A stretch of DNA of 64,000 bases from Candidatus Freyarchaeum deiterrae (GTDB lineage: Archaea; Asgardarchaeota; Jordiarchaeia; Jordiarchaeales; Jordiarchaeaceae), in contig CP147778.1 of NCBI GenBank assembly GCA_037305845.1, forward strand, positions 3,424,001 to 3,488,000, written 5' to 3'. The notes under the pieces are model-generated. The model searched no databases, was not told the origin of the DNA, and saw nothing but the letters and a program-made list of their open reading frames with translations. Positions 1 through 11,088 of the stretch are shown here, one piece after another. Within the stretch, counting starts at the first letter, position 1. Each line of letters starts with the position of its first letter. The translations under genes and the position numbers were made by a program.

Positions 1-284
1 CATCCCACCAAAAATCCTGGAAATTTTCCCAGAGCCTTTTTCGCAAAAGCGTAAGGGCCGCCAACCAGAGGAGAGATTGTAACACAATGAGCAAAGTTTA
101 GAGCAATAATCATTATAATAACCGCGGAAGCAACCCAAACCAGCAGAGAAGCTGGTCCCACAAGATTAGCTCCAAAAGAAGCTGCGATGAAGATATCCGC
201 CCCAATCATCGCCCCGATAACTATATTTGTTACATCGAAGAGGTTAAGCTTCCGTGTCAGTTTTACTCTTTCCTCTTCCACCAT
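1..284 (-). CDS. APC-family amino acid permease (5' part; runs off window), paralog of 569..2086
   Basis: Manual translation from ATG at 284: MVEEERVKLTRKLNLFDVTNIVIGAMIGADIFIAASFGANLVGPASLLVW, highly similar to the N-terminus of 569..2086. Confidence 0.88.
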   Translation of the reverse strand, partial: MVEEERVKLTRKLNLFDVTNIVIGAMIGADIFIAASFGANLVGPASLLVWVASAVIIMIIALNFAHCVTISPLVGGPYAFAKKALGKFPGFLVG

Positions 285-568
285 AAACGCTTCTCCATCA
301 ACGCGCTTCAATTATTTCCTGCACATATCAAAAATATACTCGCTCTGAAACAGTACTGAGGCTTTTCCTTGTATAAAAACGGTTTACAAACACAATTGCA
401 ACTTTATTCAGTTTTTACTCACATATTATTTAAATTTTTCACTATGTTATAAGAATTCAGTTCACTCTTCTTCCAAGTCGCTACTAGGATGGTGAAATTG
501 CTTTGAATCCGAGTTTCCATAAATGATACCTTTTTAGTGTTTCAACAAATAAGTTTATTGCGACAAGT

Positions 569-2086
569 CTATCTAATTCTTCGAATTCGGCGGGACAATT
601 GTTTTGTATGTGTGAGCAAGTGGGCGAGGAATACATTTTCCACTTCCCTGGCTCGCCTCAATAATTGCCGTTGGGAAAGGTATACTCTTAGTTCGGAGAG
701 TTCCTTCTTTGGAGTGAAAAATACGTATATGGGAATTCCGATTGCAAGAAGTACGATTCCTATAATTAATTCCAAGTGTTCTATCTGAGTAATAAGATAT
801 ACGCAGGAAACCGCTCCGATTACCGCTAGGATTAAACTTCTACGAAATCCCTTCCGAGCTTTTGGGAACTTTTTATGAAGAACAGGAGAGGAAATGCAGG
901 TTACCAGATAAGCTAATGCTAGGAAAAAGACCGATGCCGAGATTAATAATTCTAGGTTTCCGATGATAGCAGCTACAAATGCACTCACGCTCTGGATGAT
1001 TAGACCTATGTAAGGCGTTTTATACTTGGAGTGGAGTTTACCGAATGCCTTTGGGAAAAGTCCATCTAGAGCCATAGCGTAGCTGATTTGGGATGTGCCC
1101 AGCATTCCCGATTCATTAGCACCAGAAATGGAAAGCAGTGCCCCTATACCTATAATCCCCGTCACTAGGGCAGCCGCCCATGAAGATGGGATAACTTGCT
1201 GCGATGTCAGGTAAGGATTGTATCCAGTTATAATCGATGTCAGGTAAGGATTGTATCCAGTTATAGTCTGAGCTGAGGTTATCAAGGGTGTAGACATGTT
1301 TCCCAGTTGACTCGAAGGAATGACACTAAAAATTATGAAATTTATAGAGAGGTAGAATGCCAAAACTATAAGCATACCCACAAGAATTGCTCTGGGAATA
1401 GTTTTTTCGGGCTTTTCTACTGCCCCTGCCGGAATAGTAGAAAGTTCAAATCCCGCATAAGCCCAAACAATTAAAACCAGAGCACCGCCGAATTGGGAGT
1501 AGCCATTGGGAGCGAAAGGATTGAGATTATAAACCGTCTGAGAAAGATACGATGTAGTATAAAACAGTCCTATAATTATAAAAAGCAGTAATGGGGCAAG
1601 TTTCCCAATAGTCAGAATATCATTAGCTCGACCGGCAACCTTTGTCCCCAAAATGTTTGTTATGGTTAAAAACGCCATGAATACAGCTTGGACTGCGACC
1701 TGTTGAATCTCTGTTAAAGGGTAAAAGTACGCCAAGTATTTTGTGAAAGCCAGAGGGAAAACCGCCAGCGAGAGCCACTCTGCAAGCCAGGTCGACCATC
1801 CCGTCATAAATCCGGCGAACTTTCCCAAAGCCTCTTTTGCATAAGCATAAGGACCGCCAACCACGGGAAAAACCGTGGCACACTGCCCAAAATTCAAGGC
1901 AATAACCATCATAATAACTCCAGCGGCAACCCAAACCAGCAGAGAGGCTGGCCCCATAAGATTAGCTCCAAAAGAAGCCGCTACGAAAATATCCGCACCG
2001 ATGATCGCTCCAACAACCAGATTTGTCACATCAAAAAGAGTAAGCTTCTTCTTCCCTAGTTCCGCCCGGCTTTCCTCCGTAGACAC
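569..2086 (-). CDS. APC-family amino acid/polyamine permease
   Basis: ~12 hydrophobic segments; GAIIGADIF, GGPYAY, AYAGFE and PEKTIPRAI motifs. Confidence 0.92.
   Translation of the reverse strand: MSTEESRAELGKKKLTLFDVTNLVVGAIIGADIFVAASFGANLMGPASLLVWVAAGVIMMVIALNFGQCATVFPVVGGPYAYAKEALGKFAGFMTGWSTWLAEWLSLAVFPLAFTKYLAYFYPLTEIQQVAVQAVFMAFLTITNILGTKVAGRANDILTIGKLAPLLLFIIIGLFYTTSYLSQTVYNLNPFAPNGYSQFGGALVLIVWAYAGFELSTIPAGAVEKPEKTIPRAILVGMLIVLAFYLSINFIIFSVIPSSQLGNMSTPLITSAQTITGYNPYLTSIITGYNPYLTSQQVIPSSWAAALVTGIIGIGALLSISGANESGMLGTSQISYAMALDGLFPKAFGKLHSKYKTPYIGLIIQSVSAFVAAIIGNLELLISASVFFLALAYLVTCISSPVLHKKFPKARKGFRRSLILAVIGAVSCVYLITQIEHLELIIGIVLLAIGIPIYVFFTPKKELSELRVYLSQRQLLRRAREVENVFLAHLLTHTKQLSRRIRRIR
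1202..1265. repeat. In-frame tandem duplication (31-bp identical unit, 33-bp period) inside the APC permease
   Basis: cgatgtcaggtaaggattgtatccagttata at 1202-1232 and 1235-1265; protein ITGYNPYLTS twice. Confidence 0.92.
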
Positions 2087-2319
2087 ATCTCCCTAAAACC
2101 TGATATTTAAGATAGACTTTTAATAAGACTAGAACCGTATTACCGCAAACGTTACCAAGATTTCATAAACGTATAGATATAATTCAAAAAGATAATATTT
2201 AATTTTTATCCAAGTTACATTCTTTTCAACAAGCTTAACCTGTTGAAGCCGACAGATTATCTTTATAAGATTGGTCAAGTGAAAGTGGTTCAACCAGTCC
2301 CTGACACGAGGCAAGCGAT

Positions 2320-3129
2320 ATGTTCGAAAAATTGCCCGACAAGAAGCAGGTAATCGAGTACGACGATGCAGGAGTGATCCCCGTCTACTATTACCCAGAC
2401 ACAGATTACCTGTTTCAGAAAATGGGTGTAGCAACCATCGATATGGCTGTCCTGCACAAAAAGGACTTAGCACTAGATGTGGGGTGCGGAATAGGAAAAG
2501 AAGCAGGCATAATGTATGACAGAGGAGCGAGAGCGATAGGAATTGATCCCTCCAAGATCATGGTTAAAAAGGCAAAGGATTGGTTGAGGTCAAACCATCA
2601 GGAAGTAAGCCTAGTACGTGGGACCGGTGAATATCTGCCGTTTAGAACAAACTCGCTTGACGCGGTAACCTGTAAGGGAGCCATGGATCACTTCGTAAGT
2701 CCCAGAGCAACAATGAGAGAGTTCGCCAGAGTGCTTAAGCCCGATGGAAGAGCTGTGGTATCCTTGGCAAACTTTGAGAGCCTGGGCTTCAAAATGGCGA
2801 GAAGGGTACACAAAGTGAGAAGGAGACTTAAGCTTGTGGGCGACGGCCCAACCCCCTGGGATGTCCCAAAAGACCACACGGTCAGATTTACCTACCTGGT
2901 TATAAAAGCTTACATGGAGGGGGTTCTGAAAAGAAGCGGAATGAGGGGGCTGTCCATGTTCTGGAACTTTCACTACTGGGGCAGAACCCTAAACGTTCTT
3001 CCCAAGAAAGTCTCCTGGACCATACTACGATTCGTGGATAACATAGCAAAACTTTTTCCCATGGTGGGAGACATCCTAATCGCCCGCGGAACACCCATAA
3101 AAAAGTATGACCAGAAGAGAAAAACGTAG
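2320..3129 (+). CDS. Class I SAM-dependent methyltransferase (UbiE-like)
   Basis: LDVGCGIG motif I, LPFRTNSLDAV, RVLKPDGR. Confidence 0.88.
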   Translation: MFEKLPDKKQVIEYDDAGVIPVYYYPDTDYLFQKMGVATIDMAVLHKKDLALDVGCGIGKEAGIMYDRGARAIGIDPSKIMVKKAKDWLRSNHQEVSLVRGTGEYLPFRTNSLDAVTCKGAMDHFVSPRATMREFARVLKPDGRAVVSLANFESLGFKMARRVHKVRRRLKLVGDGPTPWDVPKDHTVRFTYLVIKAYMEGVLKRSGMRGLSMFWNFHYWGRTLNVLPKKVSWTILRFVDNIAKLFPMVGDILIARGTPIKKYDQKRKT

Positions 3130-3335
3130 CATAGCAAGTTTCCCTCACAAAAATTCTGGAAATCCTTTAGAAAATTTTATTAATCACATGAATCTCCTTT
3201 TGTGAAAGGTCTGCGTACACCCTCATGATGACAAACGAACAGTGTTTAGAGCCTTTTTTTACTGGTTGTAAGCCGAGACCGGTAGGAAAAGAAGGAAGGT
3301 AGCGCAACCCTTTAGAGTGAAACAGGAGGTTCAAT

Positions 3336-4148
3336 GTGTCACAATCAGCATCATCCGTGTTTGATTACGCCAGTCTGTTAGCAATAGGCTCAGCTCTACT
3401 AGGAGCTGTAGGCTCAGCTCTCAAATGGTATTTTGACCGTAAAGAGCGACAAATGGAGATTTTTAAGCAAACTTTCGAAAAGTTCTCCCAGCTAACAGCC
3501 CAGTACTACCTACCCATGGCAGTAGAGGGCGGCAGAGCCGGGCGACTATTAAGAACACTTTTCGCTCCCAAACCGCCAGAACCCCAGTACGTCTTTTTCA
3601 ATTTGTCCCGCTTCCAGATGTACGTCCGCCGCTACGTCCAAAGCGGAGGAGGCTACCTGATGCCCAATTTGAAAGACGAGAGAATACAGGCAAACTTGTA
3701 CTTCCGAGCCTTCATACAGATGCCCTTCACGGACACCGATATAGCGGTAATGCAAGACGCCGCAGAAGGCTGCAACAGATACATATTGTTTAAAAAGAAA
3801 CTGGAACACCCAGACCCCAACGCCGAAGGAGAACCGGAACTTAAGAAAGCCTACGATAAATTCGTCAAATGGATAAAAGACAAACCCAACAATGTAAAGA
3901 GTTCTGGGCAATACCTCCAACACTACAGAGACTACATCATGAAAAACATAACCGGTCTGTACTCCGGATGGTACACCAAAACTTCACTCTCGGAATCCAA
4001 CAAAGAAGCAGTCAAGAGAATACAAAAACAAATCGAGAAAACAGAGCACAAAGTAAAAACCGAACTAAAAGAAACCGGCCTAGCAACAGGAAAACCGAAA
4101 AAGAAAACCACGAAGTCTCCAAAAAAAATAATTTTTTTTAAAAAATAA
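3336..4148 (+). CDS. Hypothetical protein with N-terminal membrane anchor and Lys-rich tail
   Basis: 270-aa ORF, GGAGG upstream, one hydrophobic helix. Confidence 0.7.
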   Translation: MSQSASSVFDYASLLAIGSALLGAVGSALKWYFDRKERQMEIFKQTFEKFSQLTAQYYLPMAVEGGRAGRLLRTLFAPKPPEPQYVFFNLSRFQMYVRRYVQSGGGYLMPNLKDERIQANLYFRAFIQMPFTDTDIAVMQDAAEGCNRYILFKKKLEHPDPNAEGEPELKKAYDKFVKWIKDKPNNVKSSGQYLQHYRDYIMKNITGLYSGWYTKTSLSESNKEAVKRIQKQIEKTEHKVKTELKETGLATGKPKKKTTKSPKKIIFFKK

Positions 4149-4310
4149 TTTAACACATTGCATATCGGGCTGATACTCTGGGGATGCTTTGTGTGTAAAT
4201 AGTCGACCATACTGTAGTCCTAACAATCGACAATAAGATGTGGATAGAAAAAAATCTTTAAATATATTAGGTTGGTGGAACAATCTAACCAAAAAATGGT
4301 ATAATAGGGT

Positions 4311-4475
4311 ATGTCAAAACAATCTATAGAGGCATCAGCGCACATGGAAGAAGCTCCTCAATCAGAACAGTTATTTCCTGTGGAAAGAGAATATGCCCGT
4401 TGCGTTACCGTCTTAAACCGCACCGGCATTCTCACACTTCTTCCGAACTCAGAAAGCATTGGGGTGATTAGGTAA
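4311..4475 (+). pseudogene. Short 54-aa ORF or truncated gene remnant whose stop overlaps the next start
   Basis: ATG 4311 to TAA 4473-4475 (MSKQSIEASAHMEEAPQSEQLFPVEREYARCVTVLNRTGILTLLPNSESIGVIR); TAATG overlap with 4475; becomes more AT-rich at the junction. Confidence 0.45.
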
Positions 4476-4843
4476 TGGAAAGAAAAAAGAAACAAGTTAA
4501 TACAATTGACGAATATATTGCAATATTTCCAAAACCAATCCAAGATATTTTGCAAAAATTAAGACAGACTATTAAAGAATCAGCGCCACAAGCACAAGAA
4601 GCTATAAGTTATCGAATGCCTACTTTTAAACTAAATGGTAATTTAGTTCATTTTGCTGCATTTAAAAATCATATTGGATTTTTTCCAACTTCATCTGGTG
4701 TAGCTGCTTTTAAAAAAGAATTATCTGAATATGAAATTTCAAAAGGAACAATTAGATTTCCTTTAGATAAGCCAATACCTTTTGATTTAGTAAGAAAGAT
4801 TGTAAAGTATAGGGTTAATGAAAATTTGCAAAAAAAGAGATAA
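4475..4843 (+). CDS. DUF1801/YdhG-like protein
   Basis: TIDEYIA...EAISYRMPTF...HFAAFKNHIGFFP...SKGTIRFPLDKPIP signature; AT-rich. Confidence 0.85.
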   Translation: MERKKKQVNTIDEYIAIFPKPIQDILQKLRQTIKESAPQAQEAISYRMPTFKLNGNLVHFAAFKNHIGFFPTSSGVAAFKKELSEYEISKGTIRFPLDKPIPFDLVRKIVKYRVNENLQKKR

Positions 4844-4999
4844 AAAAATTTATGACAAAGAAAACCAAAATTATTTCAGCATAAGGATTTTGAGGAGTTC
4901 GAAAGGGAAGTCGCCCTCTTCCTAAGAAAGTGAAAAAGTAGGCGAGTCTAGGCTACCGTTAAATCTCAGAGTCGCATTTAGTCGTTAGTCGTTTTTAAT

Positions 5000-5464
5000 T
5001 TATCTACTAGTCTTTAATTCTAATTCCGATATGAATCTTTCACTGTCTTCGGGACTGACCCATATTATTCTCTTCTCAGTGGTCATGCGTATTCCATTTT
5101 TGAATTTATTACAGTAATTACTACGCGGAGAGAGTAATATAATAAATTCGACTTTTTCTACACACTTTATCTCGTCCAACGACACACTTCCCTTTTTTAG
5201 GTACCCAAATTTCATCCAAAGTTTTTCATTCTCAATCCGGTACTCCGTATTGTACGCTGCATGAATAGCTATTCCAATAAGGAAAACATATGGAAGGTAA
5301 TAAGAAATAAAAGATATAATAACTTTCGGTGTTAAATCTTGCCCCCAAATGGTGTATGTGAAAGTAATACTAATAAGCATTAAGAGTACGGCCGCCGCCA
5401 AAGCTGCTAGTATAAAATATGAGACATAACCGTTGCTAGGCTTCGGTTTATCCACATACACCAT
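5000..5464 (-). CDS. Membrane protein with bacterial-type PH domain
   Basis: Two TM helices followed by TEYRIE...SVSLDEIKCVE...WVSPEDSERF. Confidence 0.7.
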   Translation of the reverse strand: MVYVDKPKPSNGYVSYFILAALAAAVLLMLISITFTYTIWGQDLTPKVIISFISYYLPYVFLIGIAIHAAYNTEYRIENEKLWMKFGYLKKGSVSLDEIKCVEKVEFIILLSPRSNYCNKFKNGIRMTTEKRIIWVSPEDSERFISELELKTSR

Positions 5465-5844
5465 TTTTGTTCGCCCATTTACACTGCTCGAGTGATTGCG
5501 GAATTTTTGTCTTTTTAGGTTTTTTGGAAAAAGGCTTTTTTCGGCTTCATTACCGAAAAGGAGCCTTTAAACGGCAGATTCTATAGCGGGTTTCAGACAA
5601 AATTATCATAAGCCCGATACATAATTTGGGGAACGGAGCATAAACATTTTATGCCGTCTCATAGACTTTTGTTCTCCTCGCCTATTCATTTTCCGCTTTT
5701 TTCTTTCTCTTCGATTCGCCTTAAAGTTTCTTCCGCTGTGCCCCGCTTTCAAATTAGCTAAATCAACTTAATTTAAAAAATCGAAATAAGAAGCGCTATG
5801 AGTGACTTTTTTATTCAAATCGTGGTTGTGAGAATTTGTAAATG

Positions 5845-6330
5845 TTAGATTATGAGTATACTTGCTACTTGGAGATATTCGATAAACCCCAAACTTAAAG
5901 CGATTGCCCATACGGTTGCTGTGATGCGCATCCATCTCTTGATGGATTTTGGTTTCTTTTCGATAACGAAGGCAACTCCGAGAGCTTCTGCTAGGCCTCC
6001 GGAAGCTGAGTGTAATGCTAGTAGAATGATTCCGAGAGTTGTGAATGTGTATAGAGCGGGAATGGCTCCGACGAGCGATGGGATCATTACGAGGATTATG
6101 GGAGCAGCGTTTAACACGACCATAATGGCTGTAATATCTCTGTGTCTTTTGAGGCCTTGTGCGGTTTTCTCTCTTCCAAACTTGATTCCAATAATTAGGA
6201 GAATTAGGATAGCTATTTCGACTATCAGACTTATGTTTGCGGTGAGTGGTGCGGCCATAACTTCCATTTTAGATTTCAGGATATAAGTTTTTTGTAATAT
6301 TGTTTGAAGGTTTGATGAGTGTCCCTGCAA
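5845..6330 (-). CDS. DUF420-like 4-TM membrane protein (true start probably later)
   Basis: Four TMs with His residues (KRHRD, ALHSASG). Confidence 0.6.
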   Translation of the reverse strand: MQGHSSNLQTILQKTYILKSKMEVMAAPLTANISLIVEIAILILLIIGIKFGREKTAQGLKRHRDITAIMVVLNAAPIILVMIPSLVGAIPALYTFTTLGIILLALHSASGGLAEALGVAFVIEKKPKSIKRWMRITATVWAIALSLGFIEYLQVASILII

Positions 6331-6431
6331 TTAAAGACATTTATCACTGGATTATTCGATAATTTGTATTCGTCTAAATTTGACCAATGCGTTCCCATGA
6401 ACTGGTGACTTGTAAGGTTCATTTGTCTTTG

Positions 6432-8189
6432 TCACTCGTATCTGCGTAGTCTGGCCATCCCAACTCTGAGGGAGATGTACGATGCTACAACGCCTATTAT
6501 GATGGCTGCTAGGATTCCGTACTCCCTTGGTATGATGGGAAACTGGGAGTAAAATGCCTGAAGCAGATTGGAGAAGTAGGGTAAGATTTGGATTAGAGTG
6601 CTCTGGAGGGGGTTGGAAAAGACTATGTTTATTATCCATGGAAATAGGGCGAATATTAGCATTAGGCTTCCTACCACTGAAACCACGGCGTCGATTATGG
6701 TAGAGTTTATCAGTTGTCCGCGGCCGCTCCATTTCAGGACGGGTCGTGCGCTGTAAACCCCCAATGCTATAGCACAGCTAACAACAACGATGAAGAGCAT
6801 AACTGGGACAAGCACTTGGATGCCGGGGCTCTGATTGCCTAAAAATATCTGAAAGATTATTCCCATGGCCAGTCCCAGTGGCAGTCCGACTGCGAGCATT
6901 TCCGCAAACTTTGAGTAGACCAGTAATTCAACTCCGTGGGGAACTCTTTGGTAAGTCTGGATGAGCTCCTTTCCGCTAAGAGTCATCTGTGAAGCCTCAA
7001 TCTGACCAATCATTCCTCCAACCGTGGTCATAAAAATGAAAGCTATACCCGGCGAGAGAAGAAGACTCAGCGTACTCACATTCGCGGAGAAGCTGGGGAC
7101 AAGGCTGATTATCGACACGAAGTATAATATTAGAGGGAAAAAGAATATGGCTATAACTCTCAGCAGGCTCTCGGGATTTCTGGAAAACTCCTTCAACTGT
7201 ACAACCGTTAATCTACCCAGCTTGCTGGGAACCAATCGACGCAGAAACCGATAAAATCTCTCCTCCTTCTTTACAGACACTTTCGCTCCAGGAATCAGTT
7301 CAAGCAGCTTGACTCTGCTTATAAGAATTAAACCCAGAACGAATATCGCTATAAAAAACGCTATCGTGAGAACCAAACTGGTTACAGGGTCGGGTATGAG
7401 AGGCGTGTAGAAAGTGAATCCCAGATAATTAATCGTGGTAATATTCGATCCGGTCAGAGCGTAGTAGATTATGTTTGAGACCCAGGTTGTGGGTGAAAAC
7501 CAAATGTTGAAGACTGAGGTTTGAGAGCTGGAAAGAACAAAGAAAGCTAGACCAATTGTAATAGCTCCAAAGGCGATAATCACCATAGCCAAATCTACGA
7601 ATCTATGAGAACTCTGACTCCTCAACTTTAAATAAAATGACAGAAGCAGCCCTATCCAGGTTCCCGCGACATAAATCAAACCCACTGATACGAAAAAGGC
7701 AACTAGAAACAAGGGGCCAGTATACCCGTGCTCTATTATGATTGGAACTAGTGAAACGCTTAAAATTGAGAGATAGATTGGTAAAGGAATTAGATTAACT
7801 ACTAGTTCTCCTAAGAAAATATGCCTAGGCTTAACTGGACTGGATAAAAGAATTTCCATATCCTCCGTCGGTGTCTCCCACAAAACATTCGATAACCCCT
7901 CTATGACCGGGGCAATGAGACCGATTAGGGAAAGATACTCACCAATAACTAATGTTATATCTGTCTGAGGATAAAATGAGTTTGCACTTATGCTGGGAAT
8001 GCCAAAAAAGTTCCTAGCCAGCTGCACGGAAGTATTGCTGATATAAGAGCTATTCGAAATTTGTATAACTATAAAGAACACGATTGCCGGAATAACGATT
8101 AGCAACAGGGGAATAATTTTTCGGTATTTACGCATACCACCAGTGAGCAACAAGTACTCATTTTTGGTAATGGTAAACCAGCTAGGCAT
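6432..8189 (-). CDS. Putative ABC-2-type exporter permease (two-lobed)
   Basis: DMEILLSSPVKPRHIFLG motif, ~12+ TMs, QLKEFSRNP. Confidence 0.7.
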   Translation of the reverse strand: MPSWFTITKNEYLLLTGGMRKYRKIIPLLLIVIPAIVFFIVIQISNSSYISNTSVQLARNFFGIPSISANSFYPQTDITLVIGEYLSLIGLIAPVIEGLSNVLWETPTEDMEILLSSPVKPRHIFLGELVVNLIPLPIYLSILSVSLVPIIIEHGYTGPLFLVAFFVSVGLIYVAGTWIGLLLSFYLKLRSQSSHRFVDLAMVIIAFGAITIGLAFFVLSSSQTSVFNIWFSPTTWVSNIIYYALTGSNITTINYLGFTFYTPLIPDPVTSLVLTIAFFIAIFVLGLILISRVKLLELIPGAKVSVKKEERFYRFLRRLVPSKLGRLTVVQLKEFSRNPESLLRVIAIFFFPLILYFVSIISLVPSFSANVSTLSLLLSPGIAFIFMTTVGGMIGQIEASQMTLSGKELIQTYQRVPHGVELLVYSKFAEMLAVGLPLGLAMGIIFQIFLGNQSPGIQVLVPVMLFIVVVSCAIALGVYSARPVLKWSGRGQLINSTIIDAVVSVVGSLMLIFALFPWIINIVFSNPLQSTLIQILPYFSNLLQAFYSQFPIIPREYGILAAIIIGVVASYISLRVGMARLRRYE

Positions 8190-8400
8190 ACGCCACTTGT
8201 CAATATACTAGTTATTAAACATTATCAGCAACCTCTTGGCTTTAATTTTCTGGGATATTTTCCAAAAACAGTTTTATATTTTAGACCTATCCGTAAAACG
8301 CATTAACTCCCCACACGCTATCGGTCACATCTAAAATACACGCCCAGAAAAACTTAAAAAATAAATCAGCCTCTTTGAGATAGAAGTAATCCACGAGTGA

Positions 8401-9426
<1,026 letters not shown>

Positions 9427-9491
9427 CGGCAAATATTACTTAAATTTCACAGGTAGTAAGAGGTAATAAAATAAAAGAGGAGATATACACG

Positions 9492-10007
9492 ATGAAGAAA
9501 AGTGACAATACATCAAGCACAGAAGAAAACAATATCCTTGTGGCTTATTTTTCTCATTCCGGCAACACGCGCGTAATTGCTACTCAAATACACGAAAGCG
9601 TCGGCGGCGATATCTTTGAAATTGTGTCCGTAGATCCGTATCCCAGCGATTACGATGAGGTTGTGGAGCAGGCACGGAAGGAACTTAGAGAGGAGTACAG
9701 ACCTAAACTGAAAACAAAAGTTGAGAACATGAAATCGTACAATGTGGTTTTCATTGGTCATCCTAACTGGTGGGGTACGATACCCATGCCGGTTGCAACA
9801 TTTTTGTCGGAATACGATTTTTCCGGAAAAACCATTGTACCGTTTTGCACACACGAGGGAAGCCGTCAGGGGCGAAGTGTTACGGATATCAAAAAACTTT
9901 GCCCGCAGTCAACCATTCTGGATGGTCTTGCAGTCCGGGGCGGAGACGTAAAAAATGCGCAGAATGAGGTATCTAAGTGGCTGCGTAAAATTGGAATGAT
10001 AGAGTAA
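9492..10007 (+). CDS. Flavodoxin
   Basis: AYFSHSGNT, GHPNWWG, PFCTHEGS. Confidence 0.92.
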   Translation: MKKSDNTSSTEENNILVAYFSHSGNTRVIATQIHESVGGDIFEIVSVDPYPSDYDEVVEQARKELREEYRPKLKTKVENMKSYNVVFIGHPNWWGTIPMPVATFLSEYDFSGKTIVPFCTHEGSRQGRSVTDIKKLCPQSTILDGLAVRGGDVKNAQNEVSKWLRKIGMIE

Positions 10008-10211
10008 AAAGCTAAGCCTCAGAAGTTACGAACCGGACTCGGGCTGATGCCCATGAAAACTTCGGTTGCCACTTCACTCTCTTCAAATCCATATTTGTCA
10101 ACTAATCTTCAAAACCAGTACTCATCCTATCATACAATCGCGTATATGGAAAATCATATATGCTTGAATTGGAAACTACTTTCATAAAGGGATGGAGTAG
10201 GGACACTTTAC

Positions 10212-11087
10212 ATGTCATTGAATGAATCGTTAAATGGTGGAGTTCAGGCTAAATTTTCGAAAATAGACGAATACACCATTCGTCTTTCTAGTTCTTTGTC
10301 TCTTCGAATTTACTCAGACACGAAACCCTTCAACGGTGACATAGCCGATTTGCAAAAGGGCTTAATCCTAGTTTACAAGGGAGTGGAAGCTGTTGGAGAA
10401 GGAACAGGATTCGGAGCACCCGTTATCATATATCCCAATGAAACATTTTTTTCAGGTTCGTCTCAGGTTTTCCTATCCCGGGAAAACGATTCGGTAATCA
10501 TTCGTAAAGAGTTCTTCATGGATAAGGTTCAAAGAAGCATGTTTAGAAATGTTAGTTTGAAAAACCGTAAACTACTTGCCGTACTGAGGTATTTGGCTGG
10601 CTTATACCAGGAGCATAGGCGCACACGAACTCCCATGTTGAAAAGTCAATCCCTAATGAGGAGGATGGGTTTTCACAACCGTTTCGTAAACGTTACCCCC
10701 AACGCCAAAGTGATTGTGACCTATTGCTTAAGTCAAGGGCACATCCTAGTGAAAGCAGATTTCAGGCAAATCAAGGGGAAGAACCCTCAAATCTTTATGC
10801 TAAATGAGCAGGGGACATTGTTTTTCAAAAGATACCTAGACTCAAACGGTAAGAAACTTCTTGATGAACAAATCGGTGCCTGGGAACCAATTGACAGCGA
10901 GTGGGCGAGTGTAACCAATCCCCAGGGCAGAGTAGGATTCCGCTTAAAAAGGCTGAAGAACAGTTTTCTACGAATCGGAAGAGAGTATCTAGAAGACAGT
11001 CTGGATTGGGTAGGATTAGACTATGAACTCCATCCCAACGAATACTACTTCGAATACGGAATTGAAATTTTGGAGGATAATTCATAG
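10212..11087 (+). CDS. Hypothetical protein coupled to the radical SAM gene
   Basis: 291-aa ORF (GEGTGFGAP motif); stop 1 nt before the next ATG. Confidence 0.75.
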   Translation: MSLNESLNGGVQAKFSKIDEYTIRLSSSLSLRIYSDTKPFNGDIADLQKGLILVYKGVEAVGEGTGFGAPVIIYPNETFFSGSSQVFLSRENDSVIIRKEFFMDKVQRSMFRNVSLKNRKLLAVLRYLAGLYQEHRRTRTPMLKSQSLMRRMGFHNRFVNVTPNAKVIVTYCLSQGHILVKADFRQIKGKNPQIFMLNEQGTLFFKRYLDSNGKKLLDEQIGAWEPIDSEWASVTNPQGRVGFRLKRLKNSFLRIGREYLEDSLDWVGLDYELHPNEYYFEYGIEILEDNS

Positions 11088-11088
11088 T

